In this document: positions 35,177-44,316 of the stretch, piece after piece
Layout: each line of letters opens with the position of its first letter
Position numbering within the stretch: position 1 is the first letter of the stretch
DNA from: Candidatus Binatus sp.
GTDB taxonomy: Bacteria; Acidobacteriota; Terriglobia; Terriglobales; Acidobacteriaceae
Direction: 5' to 3'
DNA length: 64,000 nucleotides
NCBI GenBank assembly: GCA_035482825.1
Contig: DATHQJ010000044.1
Coordinates: forward strand, 2,164-66,163
The notes under the pieces: model-generated
What the model was told of the DNA's origin: nothing
What the model saw: the letters and a program-made list of their open reading frames with translations, nothing else
Databases searched by the model: none
Program-made: the position numbers and the translations under genes

Positions 35177-36562
35177 TTAGCGGCCGGCAGGTGGAACGTT
35201 CTGATTCAGCCGAAAGAAATTATTGGGATCATAGCGCGACTTAACCGCTACCATGCGTTCCCATCGCTGGTAGGCCTCAGGCACACGATCCTGCTCATCG
35301 CCGCTCATGAAATTGATGTACACACCCGGTTTCATCGCCGGACGAAGCTGATTGAAGAGGGCGCGAATCCAGGCAATGTTACCGGCATCCCCGGATGGAT
35401 CCGCCCAGTTCGCCAGCAAGTTCAGGATGAACGGAGCGCTGCGATCCCCGAATGCGGTCTCGTCCGCGCCGACTTGCGCCGCCGCGCCTCCAAGATAGGC
35501 CAGTTCAATCTGTGTTTCCGGCGACGGAATCGTGGCCACCGCGTCCACGAGGCGATCGATCGTGCCGTTGTCGAGATAAACGAAATATCCCGACTTGGTG
35601 TAATAGCGCCGGCCGTGCGGAAATTCCGAGTCGGCCATGGTTTGCAAGTTCATGAACGACACAATCTTGCTGCTCACAGAAGTTGAATGGCACAGGGAAA
35701 GCGCGCGATCCAGATACGGACGCCCGACGTCAGGGTCACCCGTCCAAATCAGCGAACTGCCAGCCACCGGCCGCCCGCGAAGTTCCGCCGGCACCTTCTT
35801 CGCCTGCGGCGCCAGGCGTAGATCAACGTTCCACTTCAGGTCGAGAGGCGCTTCAGCCATGAAGTCTCTCCACAGTTCCAGTAGCCGGCGAATTTCGGCT
35901 TCGCCTGACAGGCCCTGGGCAAGCACCACAGCGGTCAGCGGATGGAGTTTCACCTCAAACTCGGTGACCACTCCGAAGTTACCGCCGCCTCCGCGCAAGG
36001 CCCAGAACAAATCCGCGTTCTCGGTAGCGTTGGCACGCACGGCCGAACCATCCGCCGTGACCAGACTGAATCCTTCGACGTTATCGCATGACAATCCGAA
36101 GCGCCGGGTGAGCCATCCCGTTCCGCCGCCCAGGATCAGCCCAGACGCTCCCGTATGGGAAACAACTCCGGCAGGAAAAACCAGACCGGCTTTTTGCGTT
36201 GCGGTGTCGATCGACCCCAGCAGACAGCCTCCGGCAATTCTGGCGCGGCGCGCCTCGCCATCGACAGTGACCTGTCGCATTCTCGACAGGTCGATCACCA
36301 GGCCGCGATCGCACGTGCTAAAACCCGCTAGACTATGCCCTCCGCAACGGACGGCGGTGAGAATTCCAATCTCAGAGGCCGCGCGAACCGCGCTCTGCAC
36401 ATCACTGACATCTGCGCAACGTGCTATCAGACCGGGCGCACGATCCACCATGCCATTCCAAATGACGCGCGCGTCTTCATACCCATCGTGGCCGGGGCGA
36501 AGCAAATCACCTTTGAATCTGCGGTGAAGCGAAGAATAAACCTCTTCGCTGGCGTCAACCAT
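35177..36562 (-). CDS. FAD-linked oxidase with berberine-bridge-enzyme (BBE) C-terminal domain
   Basis: Starts MVDASEEVYSS (ATG 36562). FAD_binding_4 motif AVRCGGHSLAGFS and GASGLILGGGTGWL. BBE-type end RYDPNNFFRLNQNVPP. The upstream 311 codons of ORF 35177..37498 overlap the permease gene in another frame and are not coding. Confidence 0.88.
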   Translation of the reverse strand: MVDASEEVYSSLHRRFKGDLLRPGHDGYEDARVIWNGMVDRAPGLIARCADVSDVQSAVRAASEIGILTAVRCGGHSLAGFSTCDRGLVIDLSRMRQVTVDGEARRARIAGGCLLGSIDTATQKAGLVFPAGVVSHTGASGLILGGGTGWLTRRFGLSCDNVEGFSLVTADGSAVRANATENADLFWALRGGGGNFGVVTEFEVKLHPLTAVVLAQGLSGEAEIRRLLELWRDFMAEAPLDLKWNVDLRLAPQAKKVPAELRGRPVAGSSLIWTGDPDVGRPYLDRALSLCHSTSVSSKIVSFMNLQTMADSEFPHGRRYYTKSGYFVYLDNGTIDRLVDAVATIPSPETQIELAYLGGAAAQVGADETAFGDRSAPFILNLLANWADPSGDAGNIAWIRALFNQLRPAMKPGVYINFMSGDEQDRVPEAYQRWERMVAVKSRYDPNNFFRLNQNVPPAGR

Positions 36563-36588
36563 CTCGAGCTCCTTGCAGTCTTTAGTGC

Positions 36589-38004
36589 TTATGTTTCTCT
36601 CCGCCCTCGCCAATAAAACACTGAAATAATTCCCAGGAAAACGAAAAACGCCGGAACCGACCAGCGCAATCCGTCTACAAAAAATGTCGTTCCCGAGATC
36701 GCAAGCAGCAACCCAATCCCGACCACGGTAAACAATGGGTGCCCCCGCAGACGCATCGGCAAACTCACCAGCCGCTCGTTCGTTATGCCTTTGCGGAAAC
36801 GAAGGTGTGAGCTGAGAATCACCATCCACACGAAAAGCATTCCGGCAACAGCGGTTCCGTAGAGCATGAGAAAAGCATTCTTCGGGGCAAAGATAGCCAG
36901 CAGAATGGCTGCGATAATCCCCGCGGTGGAAGCCAGCAACGCGCGATGCGGCACTCCGTTGCCGCTCACCTTGCCCATCCAATCCGGGGCATAGCCCCCG
37001 TGGCCGAGTGAGAAAAGCATTCGCGTTGAGAGGTACAGATTCGTATTTACGCTGGAGAGCGCCGCCGTCAGCACCACGAAGTTCATGATCGCGGCGGCAA
37101 AGGGTATGTGCGCCGCAGCGAACGCCGTGACAAACGGACTCCCGGAAAGCCCGGACGAACCGCCCGTCTGGTTCCACGGAACCATCGTCACCATAATCGC
37201 GATCGCCAGCACGTAGAACAAAATCAGACGCCACACAATGTTCCGCATGGCGTGTGGAATCGTCACTTCCGGATGTTCGGCCTCCCCCGCGGTGACTGCG
37301 ATGATTTCCACTCCCATGTAACTGGTGACGGTTATTGTGAGTGAAAGCCAGACTCCTTTCCATCCCGTGGGCAGGAACCCTCCATGTTGGGTCAGATTGG
37401 CCAAGCCAATCGCGGCATGAGAACCAAAACCGAAGATCAACGATAATCCCGCGACGATGAACCCAACAATCGCCGCCACTTTGATCATGGCGAACCAATA
37501 TTCGAACTCACCCAGGCGGTTGACCTGCATGGAATTGAGCGCCACCAGAGCGGCTGAGACCAACACCACCCAAATCCATTGCGGAACATTCGGAAACCAG
37601 AAAGAGATGTAGATTCCCGCCGCTGTGACTTCCGCCCCGATGGCGATGATCTGCGCAACTCCGTAAGTGGCTCGAACCGAAAACCCCGCCCAGGGATTAA
37701 GATATTTTTCCGCGTAAACTCCGAATGCGCCCGCAACCGGATGCACCACGGCCATCTCTGCCAGCGCATAGGACATGATCAGCGCAATGCCCGCGCCCAG
37801 AAGATAGGAGAGGATGACCGCGGGTCCAGCCAGCCGAATGGTGACGCTGCTGCCCAAAAACAAACCGACACCAATCGCGCCCCCAATGGCCATCATAGTG
37901 AGCTGCCGTTGGCTCAACCGGCGCTGCAGACCGTCTCCACCGCGCATCGGAGGTGTCTCGCCGGCCGGTGTGACCCCAACCGCTGGACGTGGTTGATCAG
38001 TCAT
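36589..38004 (-). CDS. Amino acid permease (APC superfamily, AroP/LysP-like)
   Basis: Starts MTDQPRP.. (ATG 38004, overlapping the upstream stop in tATGACTGA). Signature LSQRQLTMMAIGGAIGVGLFLGS and 12 hydrophobic segments. Confidence 0.88.
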   Translation of the reverse strand: MTDQPRPAVGVTPAGETPPMRGGDGLQRRLSQRQLTMMAIGGAIGVGLFLGSSVTIRLAGPAVILSYLLGAGIALIMSYALAEMAVVHPVAGAFGVYAEKYLNPWAGFSVRATYGVAQIIAIGAEVTAAGIYISFWFPNVPQWIWVVLVSAALVALNSMQVNRLGEFEYWFAMIKVAAIVGFIVAGLSLIFGFGSHAAIGLANLTQHGGFLPTGWKGVWLSLTITVTSYMGVEIIAVTAGEAEHPEVTIPHAMRNIVWRLILFYVLAIAIMVTMVPWNQTGGSSGLSGSPFVTAFAAAHIPFAAAIMNFVVLTAALSSVNTNLYLSTRMLFSLGHGGYAPDWMGKVSGNGVPHRALLASTAGIIAAILLAIFAPKNAFLMLYGTAVAGMLFVWMVILSSHLRFRKGITNERLVSLPMRLRGHPLFTVVGIGLLLAISGTTFFVDGLRWSVPAFFVFLGIISVFYWRGRRET

Positions 38005-39166
38005 AGCTGCCGACGCTGGCAGGATCAAGGACCATGAGATCGATATTTTTCTTGAGAACCTCGACCACTGCCTGCACATCGTCCACGGTGTTGTACACGT
38101 GGAACGATATGCGCAAGCCGTCATGACGATTCGATGCCACGATATCGCTTGCGGCGAGCTTCTGCACCAGCAAGGTTGAATCTTTGCATTGCAGCACCAC
38201 CAGCGGCCCCCCGCTGTCAGCGGGCGTTTTGGCGCGAATGCCCAGATCGCGAGCGCTGCTCAAGAGCGATTGCGTGAGGGTCTTGATGTGAGCCGCGACA
38301 TTCTCGAGGCCGATCTCCCGCAACAGTTGGATTCCGGGCAGCGCCGCATACACATTGGGCACGGACGGGGAACCCGACTCGAACCTTCGCGCGGTTAGAG
38401 ACAGATCGAAATGTTGCGGGTCGTACGCGAACGGATTGGCTTGCCCAAACCATCCCGTGACAGTAGGAACCAGCGATGAAACGATTTCTTTGCGAACATA
38501 CATAAAAGCCAGACCGGGAGGACCGAGCAGATATTTGAGGGTTCCGGTCAAGTAAAAATCCAGATCGAGTGCTTTCACGTCAACCCGGCGGGTTCCGCAG
38601 TCCTGGTAATCATCGAGCATGACGAGGGCGCCGGCGCGATGGGCAATCTGCGTGATGGCGCCTACGTCGGACCGAAACCCGTTCTTGAAACAAACATGTG
38701 TAAGCGGCACGATGAGCGTGTTGCGGTCGACCATCTCTTCGTAATTCACCGCCGGAATGCAATTGCCCTCGGCGCATACAAACTGCACCTCGGCGCCTCG
38801 CCCCCGTTGTCCGAGCCACACATGGCCCATGGTAGGAAACTCGAACTCGCCCATTACAACTTTTTTCCGTTCCTGGAAACTCAGCGCGCTGGCGACCCCA
38901 TTCACGCCCGCCGAAACGCTGGTAACAATCGCAACCTCATTTGGGCTCGCATTGATGAATTGCGCAAAAGCCGTTCGTGCCGCCTCGTAACGCTCCACCC
39001 ACGATTCCCACGGAGAACCGTGTTCGTGCCAACTCGCCATGAAGTCTTCCAGCCCGGCCTGAACCGCATCTGATAACGGCCCCTGCGAGCAACTGTTGAG
39101 ATATATTTTGCGCTGGAAGATGCTGAAGCGGGAGCGGATCTTCTGAATTTCCTTGTCGGTCAGCAT
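37997..39166 (-). CDS. Class V-fold PLP-dependent enzyme, kynureninase-like
   Basis: [23 protein letters not shown].. N-terminus and PLP-Lys context [22 protein letters not shown] resemble the kynureninase pattern (..YLDGNSLG.. / ..YKYLNGGPG..) as I recall it. Confidence 0.7.
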   Translation of the reverse strand: MLTDKEIQKIRSRFSIFQRKIYLNSCSQGPLSDAVQAGLEDFMASWHEHGSPWESWVERYEAARTAFAQFINASPNEVAIVTSVSAGVNGVASALSFQERKKVVMGEFEFPTMGHVWLGQRGRGAEVQFVCAEGNCIPAVNYEEMVDRNTLIVPLTHVCFKNGFRSDVGAITQIAHRAGALVMLDDYQDCGTRRVDVKALDLDFYLTGTLKYLLGPPGLAFMYVRKEIVSSLVPTVTGWFGQANPFAYDPQHFDLSLTARRFESGSPSVPNVYAALPGIQLLREIGLENVAAHIKTLTQSLLSSARDLGIRAKTPADSGGPLVVLQCKDSTLLVQKLAASDIVASNRHDGLRISFHVYNTVDDVQAVVEVLKKNIDLMVLDPASVGSYD

Positions 39167-40422
39167 GAGGTCTTTATTTCAGCCAAGGCGCTTCCGAATC
39201 GGCGCACCTCTTCGACCGTATTGTAGTGCACCAGTGATGCGCGGACTGCGCCACTCTCCATGGTGAGCCCGAGTCGCCGCATCAGCCGCGGTGAGTACAT
39301 GTGGCCGTCGCGTACGCCGATATTCTGTCTCGCGAGTTCTTCGGCGACCCTTGCCGCAGATACATTCAGCAAGTTGAAACACAACGTTGGCACTCGTTGA
39401 CCAATCCGCTCTGCTTCCTTCACGCCGTAGACGACGGCGCCGCACTCCTCGAGCACGCGCAGCATTTCGAGCGAAAGCGATTCTTCGTAGACCCGGATCG
39501 CCTCGAAGGCCCGTTGCAGGGCGGTTCTTCGCGATATCGATTCCGATTCCTTCGTTGCATACTTCCCCGCCACACTTCGCCCCAGAGTTTCCAGGTAGCG
39601 CACGGCGGCGCCCATCCCCGCCACATTTTCGTAAATAAACGTGCCGGCCTCGATTTTGCCCGGTGGCTCGTCGGAAATGAAGTCCTCGCGAAACGTCGGC
39701 AGTTTCTGCAGCAGCTCACGGCGTCCCCAAAGAAATCCCATGTGCGGAGCGAAAATCTTATACCCCGAGCACACCAGGTAATCGCAGTCGAAGGCCTGCA
39801 CGTCGATCGCTGCGTGAGGGCCGTAGTGGACGGAATCGAGGAAGATTTCAGCCCCGGCCGCGTGCGCCACCGCTGCCGCCGCCGCGACATCCACGATCGA
39901 ACCGATGGCGTTCGAAGCCAGCGTGCACGCCACCAGACGCGTCGTCGAGGACACTAGAGGAACGAGATCGTCAACGTGCAGGTTCCCGTCGTCCCTCATC
40001 TTCCACCATCGGATTCGCGCGCCGTTTCGCTCCAAAGCCAGCCAGGTGGCGATGTTCGCCTCATGGTCCATATCGCTGACGACAATCCCGGTCCGCTTAC
40101 CGAGCGTTTGCCCAATCGCCAAGCTGACCAATCGGATGAAGGATGTGGCGTTCATGCCGAAAGCGATTTCGCTTGGGTCGCGCGCGTTCACCAGATCGGC
40201 GACGCTCTGTCGCGCGCGCACAATCGTCTCGTCAACTTCACGGCTCTTGGCATAGCGCCCGCCGCGCTGCACATTGCACTCGAGCAGATGATGATTCACC
40301 GCGTCCAGCACCATCTGTGGGACCTGCGCGCCCGCCGCATTGTCGAAAAAGATGAATCCCGGAGTCTGAGTCAGCGCAGGAAAAGCTGCACGTACAGTTT
40401 CAATGGGAAAGTCAGTATTCAC
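39160..40422 (-). CDS. Class V aminotransferase / cysteine desulfurase-like PLP enzyme
   Basis: [25 protein letters not shown].. resembles a SufS/CsdA-like N-terminus. Lys context [18 protein letters not shown]. The start is uncertain (GTG 40422 or TTG 40551). TTG 40551 would leave only 25 nt to the divergent gene. Confidence 0.78.
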   Translation of the reverse strand: MNTDFPIETVRAAFPALTQTPGFIFFDNAAGAQVPQMVLDAVNHHLLECNVQRGGRYAKSREVDETIVRARQSVADLVNARDPSEIAFGMNATSFIRLVSLAIGQTLGKRTGIVVSDMDHEANIATWLALERNGARIRWWKMRDDGNLHVDDLVPLVSSTTRLVACTLASNAIGSIVDVAAAAAVAHAAGAEIFLDSVHYGPHAAIDVQAFDCDYLVCSGYKIFAPHMGFLWGRRELLQKLPTFREDFISDEPPGKIEAGTFIYENVAGMGAAVRYLETLGRSVAGKYATKESESISRRTALQRAFEAIRVYEESLSLEMLRVLEECGAVVYGVKEAERIGQRVPTLCFNLLNVSAARVAEELARQNIGVRDGHMYSPRLMRRLGLTMESGAVRASLVHYNTVEEVRRFGSALAEIKTSC

Positions 40423-40576
40423 TCGGGACGAACCTTTGGGATTCAGAACGCTCTGGGATTTAGCTTCCAACCTGTGCTCCTGGTCAAAATCTGAAAAGTC
40501 AGCCCGGCCGTCTTGCAAAATGAGCAGCGCCAAACCTATACTCCGCTGCAATACTCGTCAACCTGAAAGCCCAAAG

Positions 40577-41089
40577 ATGCCCGTCTCCTCGACCAACTCC
40601 GAGCTCATCTACGACGCACTGAAGGAGTGCGACATCCGCCTGGTCTCGGCCCTGCCCGAAACCTGGCTGGTCCATCTCATCCGCTTGGCCGACGATGATC
40701 CTGCGATGATTCTAGTGCGACTGGCAAAAGAAGAGGAAGGCGTCGGCATCTCCGCCGGAGCGCACTTTGCCGGAGTCAAGTCGGCCATGCTGATGCAGAA
40801 CCACGGTTTCCTGGCATCCATCAACGGCATCGTTTCGTTCGCGCATCTCTACAGGATTCCTCTGTTGATGCTCATCAGCTACCGCGGCACGATTGGCGAA
40901 CGCGACCCCTGGCAAACCCAGGGCGGCAACGTCACTGAACCGCTCTTGCGTGCGCTGCGCATCCCTTACTTTTTCCTGGATTCGCTGGACACCGTGAAAA
41001 AGCGAATCCGCCAGGCGCAAACCCTCGCCGAAAGCAGTTTGCAGCCGGTTGCGCTTCTTCTAACGCGCGACCTGATGTGGGAGGAGTAA
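40577..41089 (+). CDS. ThDP-dependent decarboxylase alpha subunit (sulfopyruvate/phosphonopyruvate decarboxylase ComD-like, TPP_enzyme_N)
   Basis: MPVSSTNSELIYDALKECDIRLVSALPE.. with catalytic-Glu context KEEEGVGISAGAHFAG and ..IPLLMLISYRG. The ORF-track start 40403 overlaps the divergent gene, so ATG 40577 is chosen. Confidence 0.78.
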   Translation: MPVSSTNSELIYDALKECDIRLVSALPETWLVHLIRLADDDPAMILVRLAKEEEGVGISAGAHFAGVKSAMLMQNHGFLASINGIVSFAHLYRIPLLMLISYRGTIGERDPWQTQGGNVTEPLLRALRIPYFFLDSLDTVKKRIRQAQTLAESSLQPVALLLTRDLMWEE

Positions 41090-41095
41090 GGACGA

Positions 41096-41668
41096 ATGTT
41101 GCGCATTGATTGCCTTCGATCGGTCTATCCTGAACTGGAAGACTGCCTCGTCGTCACCATCATGGGCGCTGTCGCGGCTGAACTCCACTCGGTGGGACAC
41201 CGTCCGAATTTTTTCTACCTGCAACATGCGATGGGATTGGCGTCTTCGACGGGGTTGGGCCTGGCTCTGTGCCTGCCAGAGCAGAAAGTGATCGTCTTCG
41301 ACGGCGACGGCTCGCTTCTGATGAACCTTGGCAGCCTCACCACGATGGCACGTTATCGTCCCAAGAAATTGGTCCACGTTGTATTCGACAACGAAAGTTT
41401 GCTTTCGGTCGGCGGGTTCCCCACCGCGACCAGCACTGGCTCCGACCTGGAAGGGATCGCCCGTGCCGCCGGCATTCCCCGAGTGGTCACAGTGCGCAGC
41501 GTGGAGAGTTTCAAAGCCGCCGTCACCGATGCCATGCAAGCCGGCGACCTGACCACTATCATCGCCAAGGTCGAAGCCAAGGGCCCCGCCGCCTACGTCA
41601 CAGACCTGGCATTGCTGGAAAATCGATTTCAATTCCGCCGTCATATCCAATCGCTGAAAACGCGCTAA
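41096..41668 (+). CDS. ThDP-dependent decarboxylase beta subunit (ComE-like, TPP_enzyme_C)
   Basis: ThDP/Mg motif GDGSLLMNLGSLTTMARYRPKKLVHVVFDN. The gene starts 6 nt after the alpha-subunit stop. Confidence 0.8.
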   Translation: MLRIDCLRSVYPELEDCLVVTIMGAVAAELHSVGHRPNFFYLQHAMGLASSTGLGLALCLPEQKVIVFDGDGSLLMNLGSLTTMARYRPKKLVHVVFDNESLLSVGGFPTATSTGSDLEGIARAAGIPRVVTVRSVESFKAAVTDAMQAGDLTTIIAKVEAKGPAAYVTDLALLENRFQFRRHIQSLKTR

Positions 41669-41747
41669 CGGCGGCGACCGCAGCGCGCTCGCGTGAGCAC
41701 GGAGCGTCGCATGAATCTTAATCGGACGGACCTTAAGAGGAGTCCCA

Positions 41748-42524
41748 ATGTCTTCAGTCTTAGCCACACTGCTCGAGGAACTCGCCATCGGCCGGTTACG
41801 GGTCGTCGATCTGACCCAGCCCTTGAGTCCGCAGACACCTCTGCTGCCGCTGCCTGCACAGTGGAACAACACGCCCGCATTCAAAATCTGGGAACTGTCG
41901 CGCTACGACGAGCGCGGCCCCGCCTGGTACTGGAACGGCTTCGAGACCGGCGAACATACCGGCACACATTTTGATGCTCCCGTGCACTGGGTCTCCGGCA
42001 GAGACCTTCCGGAGAACACCGTCGATCGCATCCCGCCGAAGAAATTTATCGGTCCCGCGTGCGTGATTGACATCAGCGCCGACGTAGCGACGAACCCAGA
42101 CTTTTTACTGACGCCAGAACGAGTCCGCCAATGGGAAAAACAGCACGGTCAAATCCCGCAGGGAGCGTGGGTGCTCCTGCGAACCGACTGGTCGAAGCGG
42201 AAAGATCCAAAAGACTACATCAACCTGAAAGATAACGGACCCCACACTCCCGGATTGGCCAAGGAAACATCCGCTCTGCTCGCTCAGGAGCGCAATATCC
42301 TGGGTCTCGGCGTAGAAACGGTCGGGACCGATGCGGGTCAGGCCGCCACCTTCGATCCACCTTTCCCCAACCACTACCTCATGCACGGCAGCGGCAAATT
42401 TGGCCTCGCAAGTCTTTCGAACCTTGACCAACTTCCGCCCACCGGTGCCATCGTTATCGCCGCCCCACTGAAAATCGTAGGCGGATCTGGCAGTCCTCTG
42501 CGGGTCATCGCCGTAACCCCATGA
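41748..42524 (+). CDS. Cyclase-family protein (kynurenine formamidase/arylformamidase-like)
   Basis: AGGAG RBS 6 nt upstream. Hallmark metal motif HTGTHFDAPVHW. Confidence 0.85.
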   Translation: MSSVLATLLEELAIGRLRVVDLTQPLSPQTPLLPLPAQWNNTPAFKIWELSRYDERGPAWYWNGFETGEHTGTHFDAPVHWVSGRDLPENTVDRIPPKKFIGPACVIDISADVATNPDFLLTPERVRQWEKQHGQIPQGAWVLLRTDWSKRKDPKDYINLKDNGPHTPGLAKETSALLAQERNILGLGVETVGTDAGQAATFDPPFPNHYLMHGSGKFGLASLSNLDQLPPTGAIVIAAPLKIVGGSGSPLRVIAVTP

Positions 42525-42621
42525 AGCATGTTTGAATTGAAGAACGCGCGACGCATCGCCCAGCTAATCACAATCCATTCACTGGGTACGCAAATCCGCC
42601 CTTGCCTTGCCACCTAGCCAA

Positions 42622-44247
42622 TCATGTTGCCCACTGCATCGCCGTGTAGGAGCGCGCCGGCACTTCAAATTTTGTGCGCGCGCCGCTGCTTGAGACCTTT
42701 TCCGAAGATTGAGGCGCAACTCGCTGCGGCGCTTCGAAGGTGTTGAAGGCTTTCAGATCGCTCCCCGTGAGCACCCTGGAATTCAGCAACTTGCCCGGCA
42801 TCCGATCCTGCCAATTGATCTCAACCGTTTGCGCCTTCACCAAGTCCCGATTGAGGATGAACAGCGACAACTTTCCATCTTCCGGGCTCAGAGTTCCGGC
42901 AACATCGAGGTAAGGAACCTGACCCATTTCCGAGACTGCGTAAGTGGGCGATTCCACCAGCAACTGCAGTACGTTTCCGCGCGCCCACTGCAGTGCCCAG
43001 CTATATGGATAATAAATCGTTTGCTGGAGCAGTCCCTTGGCATTGGTGACGATCGGGGCGATCACGTTCACGAGTTGTGCGAGACATGCAATTTTGATGC
43101 GATCCGCGTTCCTTATCAGAGTGTTGAGGATTCCTCCCACGAGCAACGCGTCTTCCAGGTCATACACCTCCTCCAGGAGATGCGGCGCTTCGTGCTCGCG
43201 CCCGTTTGTGGCATCGCCGGTGCGGGCGCGATACCATACGTTCCATTCGTCAAACGACAGCCAGAGCTTCTTGGGCGACCGCTTGTGTCCGCGCACCAGA
43301 TCGCACACCGCAAGCGTTTCTGCGATCTGCTGCTCCATGCTCAAATTCATGGCCACAAACTTTGCGCTGTCTTCGCCGGTTTCTCCCTTGGTGTTGCCAA
43401 TGTATCGATGTAGAGACAGGGCATCGACATATTCGTAACACTGCTCCAGGACTTCGCGGTCCCATTCCAGATAGGTTGGCATACCCGGACCACTGGATCC
43501 GCATGCAATCAGTTTGAGAGAGGGATCGACAGCGTGCATCTGGCGGGCGGCGTCTTGTGCTTTCAAACCGTATTCGCCCGCCGTCATGTGCCCGATCTGC
43601 CAGGGGCCGTCCATCTCATTGCCCAGGCACCAGTGCTCCACTTTGTAGGGCTGTTCAATTCCGTGGCTGCGTCGCAGGTCGCTCCACTTGGTTCCCTTCT
43701 CGATGTTGCAGTATTCGACCAGCGCCGCCGCCCGCTCCGGCGTCCCTGTGCCGAGGTTCAGCCCCATCAACGGACGGGCCCCGACGATCTTGCTCCACGC
43801 CATAAACTCGTCGGTCCCGAACTGGTTGGTGTCGACCGTGTTCCAGGCCTTGTCGAGTATTCGCGGACGATCCTTCTTTGGTCCGACGCCGTCGAGCCAG
43901 TTGTATCCGGACACAAAATTGCCGCCAGGATAGCGGATGATCGGAACCCCCAGCTGGCGCACTTCCTCCATCACGTCCTTGCGAAACCCGTTGGCATCCG
44001 ACAGCGTCGATCCCGGATCATAAATGCCCTCATAGATCGCGCGCCCGAGATGCTCCAGGAACGAACCAAACAGATTGCGGTCCAAAGCCGCAATCGTGCG
44101 ACGGGAATCGATGTAGATGCGCGTGCCGCCCGCATCAGCCGTCGCCGTTTGACCCCATGCGAAACGGCTCCCGACCAGGTTCGCGGAGCAGGCAATGCCG
44201 GCAGCGGCTGATTGCTGAAGGAACTTTCGTCTTGTTTCGGAAAACAT
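42622..44247 (-). CDS. abfA: Alpha-L-arabinofuranosidase, GH51, Tat-type leader
   Basis: GGAGGG RBS and leader TRRKFLQQSAAAGIA. GH51 acid/base motif LGNEMDGPWQIGH and nucleophile motif LSFDEWNVW. Confidence 0.9.
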   Translation of the reverse strand: MFSETRRKFLQQSAAAGIACSANLVGSRFAWGQTATADAGGTRIYIDSRRTIAALDRNLFGSFLEHLGRAIYEGIYDPGSTLSDANGFRKDVMEEVRQLGVPIIRYPGGNFVSGYNWLDGVGPKKDRPRILDKAWNTVDTNQFGTDEFMAWSKIVGARPLMGLNLGTGTPERAAALVEYCNIEKGTKWSDLRRSHGIEQPYKVEHWCLGNEMDGPWQIGHMTAGEYGLKAQDAARQMHAVDPSLKLIACGSSGPGMPTYLEWDREVLEQCYEYVDALSLHRYIGNTKGETGEDSAKFVAMNLSMEQQIAETLAVCDLVRGHKRSPKKLWLSFDEWNVWYRARTGDATNGREHEAPHLLEEVYDLEDALLVGGILNTLIRNADRIKIACLAQLVNVIAPIVTNAKGLLQQTIYYPYSWALQWARGNVLQLLVESPTYAVSEMGQVPYLDVAGTLSPEDGKLSLFILNRDLVKAQTVEINWQDRMPGKLLNSRVLTGSDLKAFNTFEAPQRVAPQSSEKVSSSGARTKFEVPARSYTAMQWAT

Positions 44248-44316
44248 CTTTGCCCTCCGGTGTGTCCCACTGCGGCTTGCCTACCGATTCACACTGGCTC
44301 ACCAGGTTGGAAACTT

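Noticed and set aside
36563-37498. N-terminal 311 codons of ORF 35177..37498, which would give a 773-aa protein.
   Set aside because: This part overlaps the amino-acid permease gene in another frame and has a low-complexity Arg/Gly/His-rich translation. The FAD/BBE homology begins at MVDASEEV (ATG 36562).
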